Origin: Phycisphaerales bacterium
Lineage (GTDB): Bacteria; Planctomycetota; Phycisphaerae; UBA1845; PWPN01
DNA: 50,332 nt
Direction of reading: 5' to 3'
NCBI GenBank assembly: GCA_012729595.1
Contig: JAAYCU010000208.1
Span: forward strand, 1 to 50,332
Shown here: piece after piece, positions 9,747-22,164 of the stretch
Layout: every line of letters starts with the position of its first letter
Position numbering within the stretch: the stretch's first letter is position 1
Position numbers and translations under genes: made by a program
Notes under the pieces: model-generated
The model's input: only the letters and a program-made list of their open reading frames with translations
Database searches by the model: none
Told to the model about the DNA's origin: nothing

Positions 9747-10655
9747 ATGACTGAAACAGGAACACCACTGAATACCTGGACCGTTGGTCGCCTGCTGCAA
9801 TGGACGACTCAATGGTTTAGTGAGCGGCAGGTCGAGGGCGGGCGGCTGACGGCCGAACTGCTTCTGGCCCGCGCGTGCGGTTGCAAAAAGATCGAGCTTT
9901 ATACCCGATGGGATATCGAACCGAACGACGCGCAGAAGGCGACGTTTCGCGAGTTTGTTCGCCAGGCCGGCGAGCATGCCCCAATCGCATACCTCCTTGG
10001 AGAAAGAGAATTCTACGCACTGGATTTTGCCGTTACCCCGGCCGTCCTGATCCCTCGACCGGAAACCGAAGCCCTGGTTCAACGGGTGATCGAGTTGTGC
10101 CGGGGCGAGCCGTTGCGAGAATGGAACGTTCTGGATCTCGGCACGGGCAGCGGATGCGTGAGCATTTCCATCGCGAAATACGCGAGCAATGCCCGGGTAA
10201 TAGGTAGCGACATTTCCGCCGAGGCCCTGGCGGTCGCGTCCGTCAATATGGAACGACACGGGGTAGGCGATCGCGTGCGGCTGGTACAGGCCGATGGTGT
10301 TGCCCTGACGGACGATATTATTCCACCCGAAGGCTTCCACGTTCTGGCTACCAACCCGCCGTATATCAGCGAGCGGCAGTGGCCTACGCTTCCGCCCAAT
10401 GTGCGCGACCATGAACCACGTATTGCCCTGGTCCCGCCCGGCGAAGATGGGCTGGGGATGTACCGTCGGCTGGCGAACGAATCGCCGGCCGTCTTGGCCG
10501 ATGGTGGTCTTCTGCTGGCGGAGATCGGTTACGATCAGCACGCGGCCGTACTGCATATTTTCCAGGACACCGGGCGATGGGATTACATCAAGGCCCATCG
10601 CAATTGCAATGACCCATATGATCGGGTGATGGAGTTCCGGCTCCGGAACATATGA
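9747..10655 (+). CDS. prmC: Peptide chain release factor N5-glutamine methyltransferase
   Basis: NPPY motif (LATNPPYISE), SAM-binding DLGTGSGCV, and IPRPETE. I prefer ATG at 9747 over the listed TTG at 9729. Confidence 0.9.
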   Translation: MTETGTPLNTWTVGRLLQWTTQWFSERQVEGGRLTAELLLARACGCKKIELYTRWDIEPNDAQKATFREFVRQAGEHAPIAYLLGEREFYALDFAVTPAVLIPRPETEALVQRVIELCRGEPLREWNVLDLGTGSGCVSISIAKYASNARVIGSDISAEALAVASVNMERHGVGDRVRLVQADGVALTDDIIPPEGFHVLATNPPYISERQWPTLPPNVRDHEPRIALVPPGEDGLGMYRRLANESPAVLADGGLLLAEIGYDQHAAVLHIFQDTGRWDYIKAHRNCNDPYDRVMEFRLRNI

Positions 10656-11232
10656 CCACGGATGAAGGCTGGCCTACAGGGAACAATAACGCGTACTCAG
10701 TCTCGTGGCCTTGTCTTCGCTCCCATAGCTCTAGAAGGAGGCGAGGGAACACCCCGCCTCCATAACCAGCAGCCTCCACTGGAGCCGCCAGGAGCGGCCC
10801 TGTATCGGTCACCCGGCAGAAACATGGTTCGGGGCATCCTGCCTCTACATCTAAGGGGACATTTCGCACAGATCCACCGGAACGGCCGCTCCGACTTGTC
10901 CTGGCAAGCTCGGATGATACAATAACCGGCCGGCAATACAGGGGTAGCGAAATAGCGGCGAAAAGGAATCGGGGCAAGCCAGCCGGCAACCTCACCCGGC
11001 ACTGACTACCGCATACACCGCCGTAACCGGACAACACCCAGTTTACTAGACCGGAGCCCGCCCAGTGAGAATTAAGCACAAACGCGACCATCGGAGCGTT
11101 ATCAGGCTCATGACTCCCATGCGTTCTACCGAAACATCGGCCCACCATCTGGACCGTGCGACTTCAAGAGAAACGGAAGAAGGCCCGGAATTGATCCGGG
11201 GGCAATGTTTTACAAGAAAAGGAGCGTAATCC

Positions 11233-12585
11233 GTGAACCAACAAAAACCTATCGCCCGCAGGGAGCTGCTCAAGTATTCCGCAGGCAGTCTGGCGGCGGT
11301 CACCACCCTGTCCAGTTGTCCCCAGGTCTTTAATAGCACCGCCTCATCAGTCATGGCCGACGTGAACAAGCCCAAACCGCCCAGTGAAAAAGTCGTCGTC
11401 GGATTTATCGGCACCGGCGATTTGGGCCGCTGGCATCATCTGCATCACCATTGCCTTGACCGGTTACCCAGCCAAATCGACGTAGCCGCCGTCTGCGATG
11501 TCGACAGCAACCATGTGAATGAGGCCGCTCAACTGTGTCTGGCCAAGTCCGGCCGTCGGGTCGGAGTATATAAGGATTTTCGTCGATTGCTCGATCGCAA
11601 GGATATCGACGCCGTCTTTATCGTCACCCCCGACCACTGGCACGCCCTGCCCGCCATCGCGGCCATGGAGGCCGGCAAGGACGTCTATTGCGAAAAACCG
11701 CTAACCCTGACAATCGAGGAAGGCAAGGCCATGGTGGCTGCGGCCAGGCGGTACGGCACCGTCTTTCAAACCGGCAGTCAGCAGAGGTCGGATCCACAAT
11801 ACCGCCAGGCATGCGAATTGGTTCGTAACGGCAAGATCGGAAAAATCAAACGTATCGATACCGTCTTGCACGGCGTAAGACCTGGTCAGTGGCAATCCCC
11901 CGCCACCCCGCCGCCTAATTTGGATTGGAATTTTTGGCTCGGGCCGGCACCCTACGTGGATTATCGTTCCAACCAGGTGCATTATCAATTTCGTTGGTTT
12001 TACGATTACTCCGGCGGCGTGCTGACCGACTGGGGCGCACATCATAACGACATAGCTCAGTGGGCCCTCGGCACCGACGAAAGCGGACCGGTCTACATCG
12101 ACGCCACCAACGCAACCTTCGATGCTCAGGGACCACATACCGTACCCCGCGATTTCGACATTCATTACAAGTATGCCGACGGCACCGATCTGTTCTGCCA
12201 TACTCAAGGACAATCCTACGAAGACGGCACCTCCTTTGGCAACGGCGTCAAGTTTACCGGAACCGACGGCTGGATCTTCGTCAGCCGCCAAGAAATCCAG
12301 GCCTCTGATCCCGAGTTGCTCAAAATCGAGCTGGGAACTAACGACATCCACCTATACAAGAGCGACGATCACCATCAGAACTGGCTGGACTGTATTAAAA
12401 CCCGTGAGAAATGCATCTGCGACGTCAGTATCGGCCATCGATCGGCGTCCATCTGCCACCTGGGCAATATTTCCGCCCGGCTACGCAGACCGTTGCAATG
12501 GGATCCGCAAAAGGAGGGATTCGTCGCCGACTCCGAGGCTGACCGGATGATATCTCGGCCCATGCGAGCACCGTGGCATCTGTAA
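11233..12585 (+). CDS. Gfo/Idh/MocA-family oxidoreductase with a twin-arginine (TAT) signal
   Basis: ARRELLKYSAGSLAAV TAT-like N-terminus, a GFIGTGDLG Rossmann motif, and EKP. AAGGAG lies 8 nt upstream of the GTG. Confidence 0.9.
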   Translation: MNQQKPIARRELLKYSAGSLAAVTTLSSCPQVFNSTASSVMADVNKPKPPSEKVVVGFIGTGDLGRWHHLHHHCLDRLPSQIDVAAVCDVDSNHVNEAAQLCLAKSGRRVGVYKDFRRLLDRKDIDAVFIVTPDHWHALPAIAAMEAGKDVYCEKPLTLTIEEGKAMVAAARRYGTVFQTGSQQRSDPQYRQACELVRNGKIGKIKRIDTVLHGVRPGQWQSPATPPPNLDWNFWLGPAPYVDYRSNQVHYQFRWFYDYSGGVLTDWGAHHNDIAQWALGTDESGPVYIDATNATFDAQGPHTVPRDFDIHYKYADGTDLFCHTQGQSYEDGTSFGNGVKFTGTDGWIFVSRQEIQASDPELLKIELGTNDIHLYKSDDHHQNWLDCIKTREKCICDVSIGHRSASICHLGNISARLRRPLQWDPQKEGFVADSEADRMISRPMRAPWHL

Positions 12586-12648
12586 TGAGACGTATGGTGG
12601 ACTAAACGGAAATTAACCGAACCGATCCCATGAATGAGGACAACAATA

Positions 12649-13401
12649 ATGCAATCCTTTGAAGAACTGCTAAACCAACTGCGCGGGGCGGACGATCCGA
12701 CCGCTTATAACATCTTGCTTCAACTTACCGAGTCGGCCATGAAGGCCACTCGACCAGGCGCCGAAAGCGAACGGCAGGCCCTGGCCGCCACCATTCGAAC
12801 CGAGCTGTCTCGCACGCCCGAGACCCCAGCCGACCAGCCGGCCAAGGCCGGGACGCTATACCCCCTTACGCTTCAACAAACGATCATAACCCGATTGCTG
12901 TGTTACGTGGCCGGAGACGAGGAAATCCCCTTCCTCGCCGGAGCAATGACTAATCTCGATATCCGCGAAGCCGCACGCTGCGCGTTGGCTTGCAATCCCT
13001 CGCCGGCAGCCACCAAGGCTTTAATCGATGCCCTTAACGCAATCGGACCGGAATTCCTGACCGGCGTGGTGAGCTCGCTGGGCCAGCGGCAGTGCCCGGA
13101 AGCAATGACCGCCCTGCAAAAACTGGCCGTCGACGAAACCTACGATATGCAGGTACGCTTGGCGGCCGTGGATATGCTGGCCAATTACCCCGAACCGGCC
13201 AACGACGAGATTATCCTCGCCATCGCCCAGAGCCCATGCTCGAAGGCCAAGGCCGCCGCGGCCCGCGTGCGACTGGCCGAAACTCTTAACAAGGTCGGCA
13301 ATAAGAATGCCGCCAGGAATATCTACCAAGCGATCAAGGCCTGCAAATGCGATCACCCCGCCCAGAAAAAAGCGGCCGAGCTGGCTTTGCAAAACATGTA
13401 A
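12649..13401 (+). CDS. HEAT/PBS-lyase-like repeat protein; function unknown
   Basis: All-helical, Ala/Leu-rich repeats such as AARCALACNPSPAATKALIDAL and VRLAAVDMLANYPEP. ATG at 12649 has a GAGGA 8 nt upstream; an alternative ATG lies at 12634. Confidence 0.5.
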   Translation: MQSFEELLNQLRGADDPTAYNILLQLTESAMKATRPGAESERQALAATIRTELSRTPETPADQPAKAGTLYPLTLQQTIITRLLCYVAGDEEIPFLAGAMTNLDIREAARCALACNPSPAATKALIDALNAIGPEFLTGVVSSLGQRQCPEAMTALQKLAVDETYDMQVRLAAVDMLANYPEPANDEIILAIAQSPCSKAKAAAARVRLAETLNKVGNKNAARNIYQAIKACKCDHPAQKKAAELALQNM

Positions 13402-13418
13402 CCCGGAACATGACCACT

Positions 13419-13465
13419 GGTTACCCGCGGATGGGATGGCCATTACGCACCATCCGCGGGTAACC
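13419..13465 (+). terminator. Perfect 16-bp inverted repeat (hairpin) 18 nt after the HEAT-protein stop; terminator-like but without a T-tract
   Basis: GGTTACCCGCGGATGG, a 15-nt loop, then CCATCCGCGGGTAACC. Confidence 0.5.
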
Positions 13466-13631
13466 CGGTGGGGACCAATCCAATTCATAAAACAGTCTAG
13501 GCCCTCCGGCACACCAAGACCGGGTCGAAAGCATGCCACATTTTTTCTATACCCCCGCTTGCTCTATGCTTGGCAATCAGAGCGAACGACCTTAAATTAC
13601 TGAGTTATACGAGCGCAGGAGGAACGGGGTC

Positions 13632-14405
13632 ATGGAAAAACAACCTGTAGCCTTGGTGACGGGCGGTTCACGAGGGGTTGGTCGGGCAATTAGTCTGTCC
13701 CTGGCCCGCTCGGGGTTCACCGTGCTGGTCAATTACATCAATAACTACGCCGCGGCCGAGGAGGTCGTAGACCTGATAGTCAAGGCGGGCGGCCGGGCCG
13801 ATACCTGCCAGGCCGACGTAGCCGTTCGCGAACACCGCCATGCCTTGCTTGATTATTGCATGGAGCATCTCGGCCGTCTGGACCTGCTGGTCAATAATGC
13901 CGGATTTACACCTCCGCTCCCAACGGACCTGCTCGACGAAGAAGAATCTGCGTATGAGCAGACGATGGATGTGAACCTCAAAGGCCCGTACTTTCTGACC
14001 CAGGCAACGGCCCGGCTGATGATTGCCCAGCTTAAGGAAAAAGTAATTCAACGCGCGACGATTATCACCATCAACCCTGCGCAAGCATACGCTCCTCACA
14101 TCGGGCGCGGCCCGTACGGCCTGAGCAAAGCCGGACTGTCCATGATGACCACCCTGTTCGCCGTTCGGCTGGCGGAATTCAGGATCGGCGTGTATGAAGT
14201 ACGGCCGGCGGCGGTCGAAATTGATATGCCTGACGATATGCATACGGAATACGAACAGCGGATCAAGGACGGGCGGCTACCCGGCAAACAATGGGGACGG
14301 CCGGAAGATGTCGGCAATGCCGTAGCCTTGCTCGCCAGAGGCGAGCTGTCCTTCTCGACGGGCAACGTACTCCATATCGACGGCGGGCTGCATCTTGGAC
14401 GCTGA
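13632..14405 (+). CDS. Short-chain dehydrogenase/reductase (FabG-like)
   Basis: TGGSRGVGRAI, NNAG, YGLSK (YxxxK). AGGAGG lies upstream of the ATG. Confidence 0.9.
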   Translation: MEKQPVALVTGGSRGVGRAISLSLARSGFTVLVNYINNYAAAEEVVDLIVKAGGRADTCQADVAVREHRHALLDYCMEHLGRLDLLVNNAGFTPPLPTDLLDEEESAYEQTMDVNLKGPYFLTQATARLMIAQLKEKVIQRATIITINPAQAYAPHIGRGPYGLSKAGLSMMTTLFAVRLAEFRIGVYEVRPAAVEIDMPDDMHTEYEQRIKDGRLPGKQWGRPEDVGNAVALLARGELSFSTGNVLHIDGGLHLGR

Positions 14406-14463
14406 CAATAGTCCGTCGCTCCCGCATTTATCCATAGGCAAGGAACGGTTAAGGAATATCGAC

Positions 14464-15255
14464 ATGCATGATAAACCGGTAGCGCTGGTCACCGGATCAG
14501 CTCGCGGGATCGGCCGTGGCATCGCCATCCGGCTGGCCAGGGAAGGCTTTACCGTGGCGATCAATGGTGTAACGGTCGACCCAGGGGACACGACTCAGGG
14601 GGCCTACGAGGTCAAGACAAGCATCGAACTGGCCGGCGGACAGGCCGATGTCTTCCCGGCGGACATTTCCTCGGTCGAACAGCGTCAGGCCATGATCGAC
14701 GCCATCGAGAAACGCTGGGGGCGGATCGATCTGCTGGTCAACAACGCCGGCGTGGCCCCCAAGGTGCGGCTCGACATCCTCGAATCTACAGAGGATAGTT
14801 TCGAACGAGTAATTAACATCAATTTACAGGGGCCGTATTTTCTCACCCAACTGGTAGCCAACAAAATGATCGCCTGGAAACAAGTCGGCAAGATTCCCAA
14901 CCCGCGTATCTTGTTCGTAACCTCGATATCCGCATACACTTCCTCGCCGTCGCGTGGGGAGTATTGCGTATCCAAGGCGGGATTGAGTATGGTTGCCAAG
15001 CTTTTCGCTCACCGATTGGGCGAATACGGCATCCCTGTCTTGGAAGTTTGCCCGGGTATTATCAAGACCCGCATGACCGCCGGAGTTACGGACAAATACG
15101 ACAAGCTGATCGCCGAAGGCCTGCTGATCGACAAGCGCTGGGGGCAACCCGAGGACGTAGCCGGCGTGGTTTCGGCGTTCGCCCGTGGCAATCTCGATTA
15201 TTCGACCGGCGAAAGAATCGAGGTCGGGGGCGGTTTCGGCGTGCGTCGACTATAG
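14464..15255 (+). CDS. Short-chain dehydrogenase/reductase (3-ketoacyl-ACP-reductase-like)
   Basis: TGSARGIGRGIA, NNAG, YCVSK. ATG at 14464 has an AAGGAA upstream; the listed start at 14395 would overlap the previous gene. Confidence 0.9.
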   Translation: MHDKPVALVTGSARGIGRGIAIRLAREGFTVAINGVTVDPGDTTQGAYEVKTSIELAGGQADVFPADISSVEQRQAMIDAIEKRWGRIDLLVNNAGVAPKVRLDILESTEDSFERVININLQGPYFLTQLVANKMIAWKQVGKIPNPRILFVTSISAYTSSPSRGEYCVSKAGLSMVAKLFAHRLGEYGIPVLEVCPGIIKTRMTAGVTDKYDKLIAEGLLIDKRWGQPEDVAGVVSAFARGNLDYSTGERIEVGGGFGVRRL

Positions 15256-15331
15256 CTGGCAAGAGCATGGCCATGAGGGCGTCTCCAATCGGTGGGCACG
15301 GGATCCTGAAGAAACCCTGGAGTAACCAGGC

Positions 15332-17404
15332 ATGATTCATCGTACAGAATTGGACCTGAACAGGCTGAAGATTCCCGTGTATACCCTGAACACCGTGGTG
15401 GTCGGCAGCGGGGCCGCGGGCCTCAACTGCATCAATCGGCTCTTCCGCGAGATGGAGGAATGCGGGGTCGAGAATCCGCGCGATCAGGTGGCCTTGCTCA
15501 CCCGCGGGATCGGGATGGGTACGAGCTACAATTCCGGCTCGGACAAACAGACCTATTACAAACTCGGGACGCACAGTGAAAGCGCCGACCTGCCCGCCGA
15601 TTTCGCGGATACTCTCACCGCCGGCGGCTGCACCCATGCGGACGTGGCCATGATCGAGGGGGCGAATTCGCTGCGTTCGTTCTACCGCCTCGCCGATCTC
15701 GGCGTGCCGTTCCCCCACGACGGTAACGGCAGCTTCGTCGGCTACAAAACCGATCACGACCCCCGCCAGCGCGGCACCAGTGCCGGGCCATGGACCAGCC
15801 GCTTCATGGTTCAGAAGCTATTGGCCGAACTTCAGCGCCTCGGTATCGAGGTCTTCAACCGCCACTACATGCTGGCAGTCGTCACCACCGGACAGGGCGC
15901 CGACAAATCCGCCCGCGGCCTGCTCGCCGTGGACATGAGCAAGCAGAACGAGCCGAATCACGGCCTGGTGTTATTCGCCTGCCGCAATGTAGTCGTCGCC
16001 ACCGGCGGGCCGGGCGAATTGTACGAAATCTCCGTTTATCCCAAAGGCCAGATGGGCTCCTACGCCGCCCTGTTCGAGGCCGGGGCCGAGGCCCATAATC
16101 TGACCGAATCGCAGTTCGGCCTAGCCTCGATCAACCCGCGATGGAACCTTTCGGGCACATACCAACAGGTGATCCCGCGCTATTACAGCACCGACCAGGA
16201 GGGCAAGGACGAACAGGAGTTTCTCAATCCGTGGTTTGACTCCATGCCCACCCTGGCCACCGACGTTTTTCTCAAGGGGTATCAGTGGCCTTTCGATCAC
16301 GACAAGGTGGCCGACTACGGTTCCTCGCTGATCGACATCCTCGTGCAGAACGAAATGATCAACCGCGGCCGACGGGTCTTCATGGACTTCCGCGAGAACC
16401 CGCGAGCGACCGACGGCCTGCAACCGTTCAAGCTGGAAGACCTCAAACCCGAGGCCCTCGACTACCTGAAAAAATCCGGGGCCATGCAGGCGACCCCCAT
16501 CGAACGCCTCGCCCACATGAACCAGCCAAGCATTGACCTGTACAAGCAGATGGGCGTGGACTTGTGGAAGCAGCCGCTGGAGATCGGCGTGTGCAGCCAG
16601 CATTGTAACGGCGGGTTCGCGGTGGATGCCTGGTGGGAATCGACCGTACCGCATTTGTTCGTGCTCGGCGAGCTGGCCGGCACCCATGGCGTCAAACGGC
16701 CCGGCGGCTCGGCGCTCAACTCCGGCCAGGTCGGCGGGTTGCGCGCCGCCCAGCGCATCGCCCACGTTTACCATCAAAATGACATGGCGATCGAGCAGTT
16801 CAAAAACGACGCCGTACCCGTCGTGCGGCGTATCACCGCGACCATCGCCCAAATCCGCGGGAGCGATGCCCCGGCCCCGGACGCCGCCGCGGTTAAAAAG
16901 GAAATCCAGCACCGCATGAGCGCCTCGGCCGGAATGGTCCGTTCGCTGACCGGCGTGGAGCAGGCCTTGTCCGCCGCCCGTACGCAATGGCAACAGATTC
17001 GCGGGCAGGGCCTCCGTCAGCCGGGCGACGGCTGGCTGGCGGCCATGGAAATCCGTGAAATGGCCCTGGCCCAACTGGCGTACCTTGAGGCCGTCCTCGC
17101 TCTGCTTAAACGCGGCAGCGGCTCGCGCGGCTCGCATCTGGTGACCGACCCGTCCGGCAAGCTGCCCCATCCGAAAATCGGCGCCGAGTGGCGGTACATC
17201 CCCGAAAACCTCGATTTGCGCAAGGAAATCCTCGGCCTGGCCTATGACCTTGAAAAAGATACGTTTGCGATCAAAATAAAGGCCCCCAACCCCCGCGGGA
17301 GATTCGAGGGTTGGTTCGAGAATACCTGGGCCGAGTATCGCCGGGCCGAGGTGTTCGCCGGAAAACAGGATAAGGACTTTAAACCGTACAAGATTTACCA
17401 GTAG
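15332..17404 (+). CDS. FAD-dependent oxidoreductase of the fumarate reductase/succinate dehydrogenase/L-aspartate oxidase flavoprotein superfamily (690 aa); substrate unknown
   Basis: N-terminal dinucleotide fold VVVGSGAAGLNCINRL, and C-terminal FAD contact LFVLGELAGTHGVKRPGGSALNSGQV. Confidence 0.8.
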   Translation: MIHRTELDLNRLKIPVYTLNTVVVGSGAAGLNCINRLFREMEECGVENPRDQVALLTRGIGMGTSYNSGSDKQTYYKLGTHSESADLPADFADTLTAGGCTHADVAMIEGANSLRSFYRLADLGVPFPHDGNGSFVGYKTDHDPRQRGTSAGPWTSRFMVQKLLAELQRLGIEVFNRHYMLAVVTTGQGADKSARGLLAVDMSKQNEPNHGLVLFACRNVVVATGGPGELYEISVYPKGQMGSYAALFEAGAEAHNLTESQFGLASINPRWNLSGTYQQVIPRYYSTDQEGKDEQEFLNPWFDSMPTLATDVFLKGYQWPFDHDKVADYGSSLIDILVQNEMINRGRRVFMDFRENPRATDGLQPFKLEDLKPEALDYLKKSGAMQATPIERLAHMNQPSIDLYKQMGVDLWKQPLEIGVCSQHCNGGFAVDAWWESTVPHLFVLGELAGTHGVKRPGGSALNSGQVGGLRAAQRIAHVYHQNDMAIEQFKNDAVPVVRRITATIAQIRGSDAPAPDAAAVKKEIQHRMSASAGMVRSLTGVEQALSAARTQWQQIRGQGLRQPGDGWLAAMEIREMALAQLAYLEAVLALLKRGSGSRGSHLVTDPSGKLPHPKIGAEWRYIPENLDLRKEILGLAYDLEKDTFAIKIKAPNPRGRFEGWFENTWAEYRRAEVFAGKQDKDFKPYKIYQ

Positions 17405-17426
17405 AAGGAGAACTGCCATTTCCACG

Positions 17427-18521
17427 TTGAACGTGAAACCGAAAGAATCGTGCCGCTGGGACGCCGTCTCGCTTGGTGAAGTCATGATCCGCCTCGATCC
17501 GGGCGTTGGACGCATCCGGACCGCCCGCGAGTTCAAGGCTTGGGAAGGCGGCGGGGAATACAACGTAACCCGCGGCCTGCGCCGTTGCTTCAACATGCGA
17601 TCCACCTTGGTTACCGCCATCGTGGATAACGAGGTCGGCCGCCTGCTCGAGGATCTCATCCTCCAGGGCGGCGTGGATATGTCCCATGTCAAATGGGTAC
17701 CCTTCGACGGCCTCGGACGCAAATGCCGCAACGGCCTGAACTTCACCGAACGCGGCTTCGGCGTGCGGGCGGCCAAAGGCTGCTCCGACCGCGGGCATAC
17801 GGCCGTCTCCCAGCTCAAGAAAGGCGACATCGACTGGAAAAAGCTCTTCCACGAGGAGGGGGCCCGCTGGTTCCACTGTGGGGGCATCTTCTGCGCTTTA
17901 TCCGAGACGACTCCGGAAGTCGCCATCGAGGCCATGACCGCCGCGAAGGAGACGGGCACGATTATTTCCTACGACCTCAACTATCGCCCCTCGCTGTGGC
18001 AGGATATCGGCGGCCAGAAGCGGGCCCAGGAAGTCAACAAAACCATTGCCCCTTACGTTGACGTGATGATCGGCAACGAGGAGGATTTTAGCGCCGCCCT
18101 CGGCTTCGAGGTCGAGGGTGTCGATCTGCACGCGGCTTCGTCGCTCGATTCGGCCCCGTTCAAGGCCATGATCAAAAAAGCCGTCGCCAAGTATCCGAAT
18201 TTCAAGGCCGTCGCCACCACCCTGCGGAACGCCAAGACCGCCTCGATCAACGATTGGGGCGCGGTGCTGTATTACGACGGCCAGTTTTACGAGGCCATCC
18301 AGCGCGAAAACCTGGAGATATGGGACCGCGTCGGCGGCGGCGACAGCTTCGCCTCCGGCTTGGCCTACGGCTTCCTGGCCGGTAAGCCCGCGCAGCAGTG
18401 CGTCGATTACGGCGCTGCCCATGGAGCCCTGGCCATGACCACCCCCGGCGATACGACCATGGCCACTCTTTCGGAAGTCGAGAAAGTCATGAAAGGCGGA
18501 TCCGCTCGCGTGGCGAGATAG
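17427..18521 (+). CDS. PfkB-family sugar kinase (2-keto-3-deoxygluconate-kinase-like)
   Basis: N-terminal SLGEVMIRLDPG and the C-terminal PfkB signature DRVGGGDSFASGLAYGFL. The start is TTG at 17427 or GTG at 17433. Confidence 0.85.
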   Translation: MNVKPKESCRWDAVSLGEVMIRLDPGVGRIRTAREFKAWEGGGEYNVTRGLRRCFNMRSTLVTAIVDNEVGRLLEDLILQGGVDMSHVKWVPFDGLGRKCRNGLNFTERGFGVRAAKGCSDRGHTAVSQLKKGDIDWKKLFHEEGARWFHCGGIFCALSETTPEVAIEAMTAAKETGTIISYDLNYRPSLWQDIGGQKRAQEVNKTIAPYVDVMIGNEEDFSAALGFEVEGVDLHAASSLDSAPFKAMIKKAVAKYPNFKAVATTLRNAKTASINDWGAVLYYDGQFYEAIQRENLEIWDRVGGGDSFASGLAYGFLAGKPAQQCVDYGAAHGALAMTTPGDTTMATLSEVEKVMKGGSARVAR

Positions 18522-18550
18522 AGCGTACAGAGAGACCGTGGATATACCGA

Positions 18551-18589
18551 GACCAACTTCTCGCCTCAAGGGGAAGTTGGTCTTTTTTT
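18551..18589 (+). terminator. Rho-independent terminator closing the SDR-SDR-FAD-kinase operon
   Basis: GACCAACTTC, a 12-nt loop, GAAGTTGGTC, then TTTTTTT. Confidence 0.8.
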
Positions 18590-18842
18590 CTATCCCTGCC
18601 CCACTCGCGATACATTTGCGTACGGCAGGTGCCGCCAAGCCACCCGTCTAACTCCACCTCTACACTCGCTGATCGCCAATCGCACCGAATGCCATGCCTC
18701 TCCCGGCGCCCGGCAGGCGTAGCGCTCATCCCATATACGAGTTTCCGTGTATCACCGACACCATAACCGTGCGGACAAATTACGGAATACGAACAGAAGC
18801 AGAGAATACCCGTAATTACACCCAGTGACAGTCATCACTTGG

Positions 18843-18870
18843 TTGACTAGTCCGGGTTAAAGGTTATACT
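18843..18870 (+). promoter_or_regulatory. Near-consensus sigma70-type promoter (TTGACT-16-TATACT)
   Basis: Hexamers read directly from the sequence, in an AT-richer intergenic region about 260 nt upstream of a terminator. Confidence 0.45.
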
Positions 18871-18876
18871 AACAAG

Positions 18877-19169
18877 TGATAGTTGACGCAGGGTTGTCGG
18901 TTTGGAAACTCTGCCAGGAGAGGAATCGTAGGCGGCTGTTCTTTCCCCCCTTTCCCTCTTGCACTTTCTGGAAGAAACGCCATCTTCGATTGCTTTCCAG
19001 CGGGTCGCTCGTTCATGGTCATTTGATGATGAGCGACAGGATCGGTCATTTGCACTTAATACGAATCTAGAGAAGAGTGAAAGGAGGTCGTGCGCAAGAC
19101 ACGTACGAAAGAAGCTTGTTATGTTATGCGCTGAGGGGTTGGCCTAACCCAACCCCTCAATCTTTTTTT
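18877..19169 (+). ncRNA. Candidate small RNA or leader transcript of about 290 nt, running from the 18843 promoter to the 19133 terminator; no family assigned
   Basis: Bounded by a promoter-like site and an intrinsic terminator. It contains no convincing ORF. A CU-rich tract (18941-18960) is complementary to the purine tract AGAGAAGAGTGAAAGGAGG (19069-19087). An internal hairpin sits at about 19003-19036. Confidence 0.3.
19133..19169 (+). terminator. Rho-independent terminator upstream of uvrA
   Basis: GAGGGGTTGG, a 6-nt loop, CCAACCCCTC, then AATC and seven T. Confidence 0.75.
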
Positions 19170-19298
19170 CACAGCCGACTCGCTTTATCAACGATTAGTG
19201 GGGGAGCGATTCGGATATACTGTCATCATTTCATATTCCGTAACGTAGGACTTGCCTGACCATGCTACCTCGCTTAGTCTGAATAATTGCGCACCATC

Positions 19299-22160
<2,862 letters not shown>

Positions 22161-22164
22161 TGTC

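Noticed and set aside
10656-11232. A 577-nt ORF-poor spacer between prmC and the Gfo/Idh/MocA gene, examined on both strands for RNase P RNA, tmRNA, SRP RNA or riboswitch signatures. The track lists a 186-aa minus ORF here.
   Set aside because: I could not find the conserved cores (GGAAAGUCCGG, a 3' UCCACCA with a T-arm, the SRP GGAA/AGCA loops, or a B12 box). The ORF translation is not protein-like. Only local hairpins are present (for example GGAGGCG...CGCCTCC at 10737-10761). An Infernal/Rfam scan would settle it.
16121-17959. A 612-aa minus-strand ORF spanning the FAD-oxidoreductase and PfkB kinase genes. Similar long antisense ORFs occur at 1199-1945, 6581-7390, 9738-10598, 19188-20306, 20400-21599, 26041-26952, 28088-29095, 31095-31994, 39092-40300, 40394-41404, 42954-43721 and 45663-46481.
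   Set aside because: All lie opposite genes with strong family motifs. Their translations are Arg/Pro/Gly/Ser-rich and low-complexity, with no recognisable domains. This is typical of stop-poor shadow frames in GC-rich DNA.
19090-19134. A 14-codon ORF (MRKTRTKEACYVMR) behind AAGGAGG, inside the candidate sRNA.
   Set aside because: The SD-to-GTG spacing is only 2 nt and the stop lies inside the terminator stem. The peptide has no recognisable family. I mention it under the sRNA finding rather than calling it a gene.
18864-19259. Small ORFs of 60-64 aa in the kinase-uvrA spacer (18864-19055 minus, 18876-19070 plus, 18959-19147 plus, 19077-19259 plus).
   Set aside because: They mutually overlap, lack SD sequences, read through a terminator hairpin (19077-19259), or have implausible composition. 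The non-coding interpretation is preferred.
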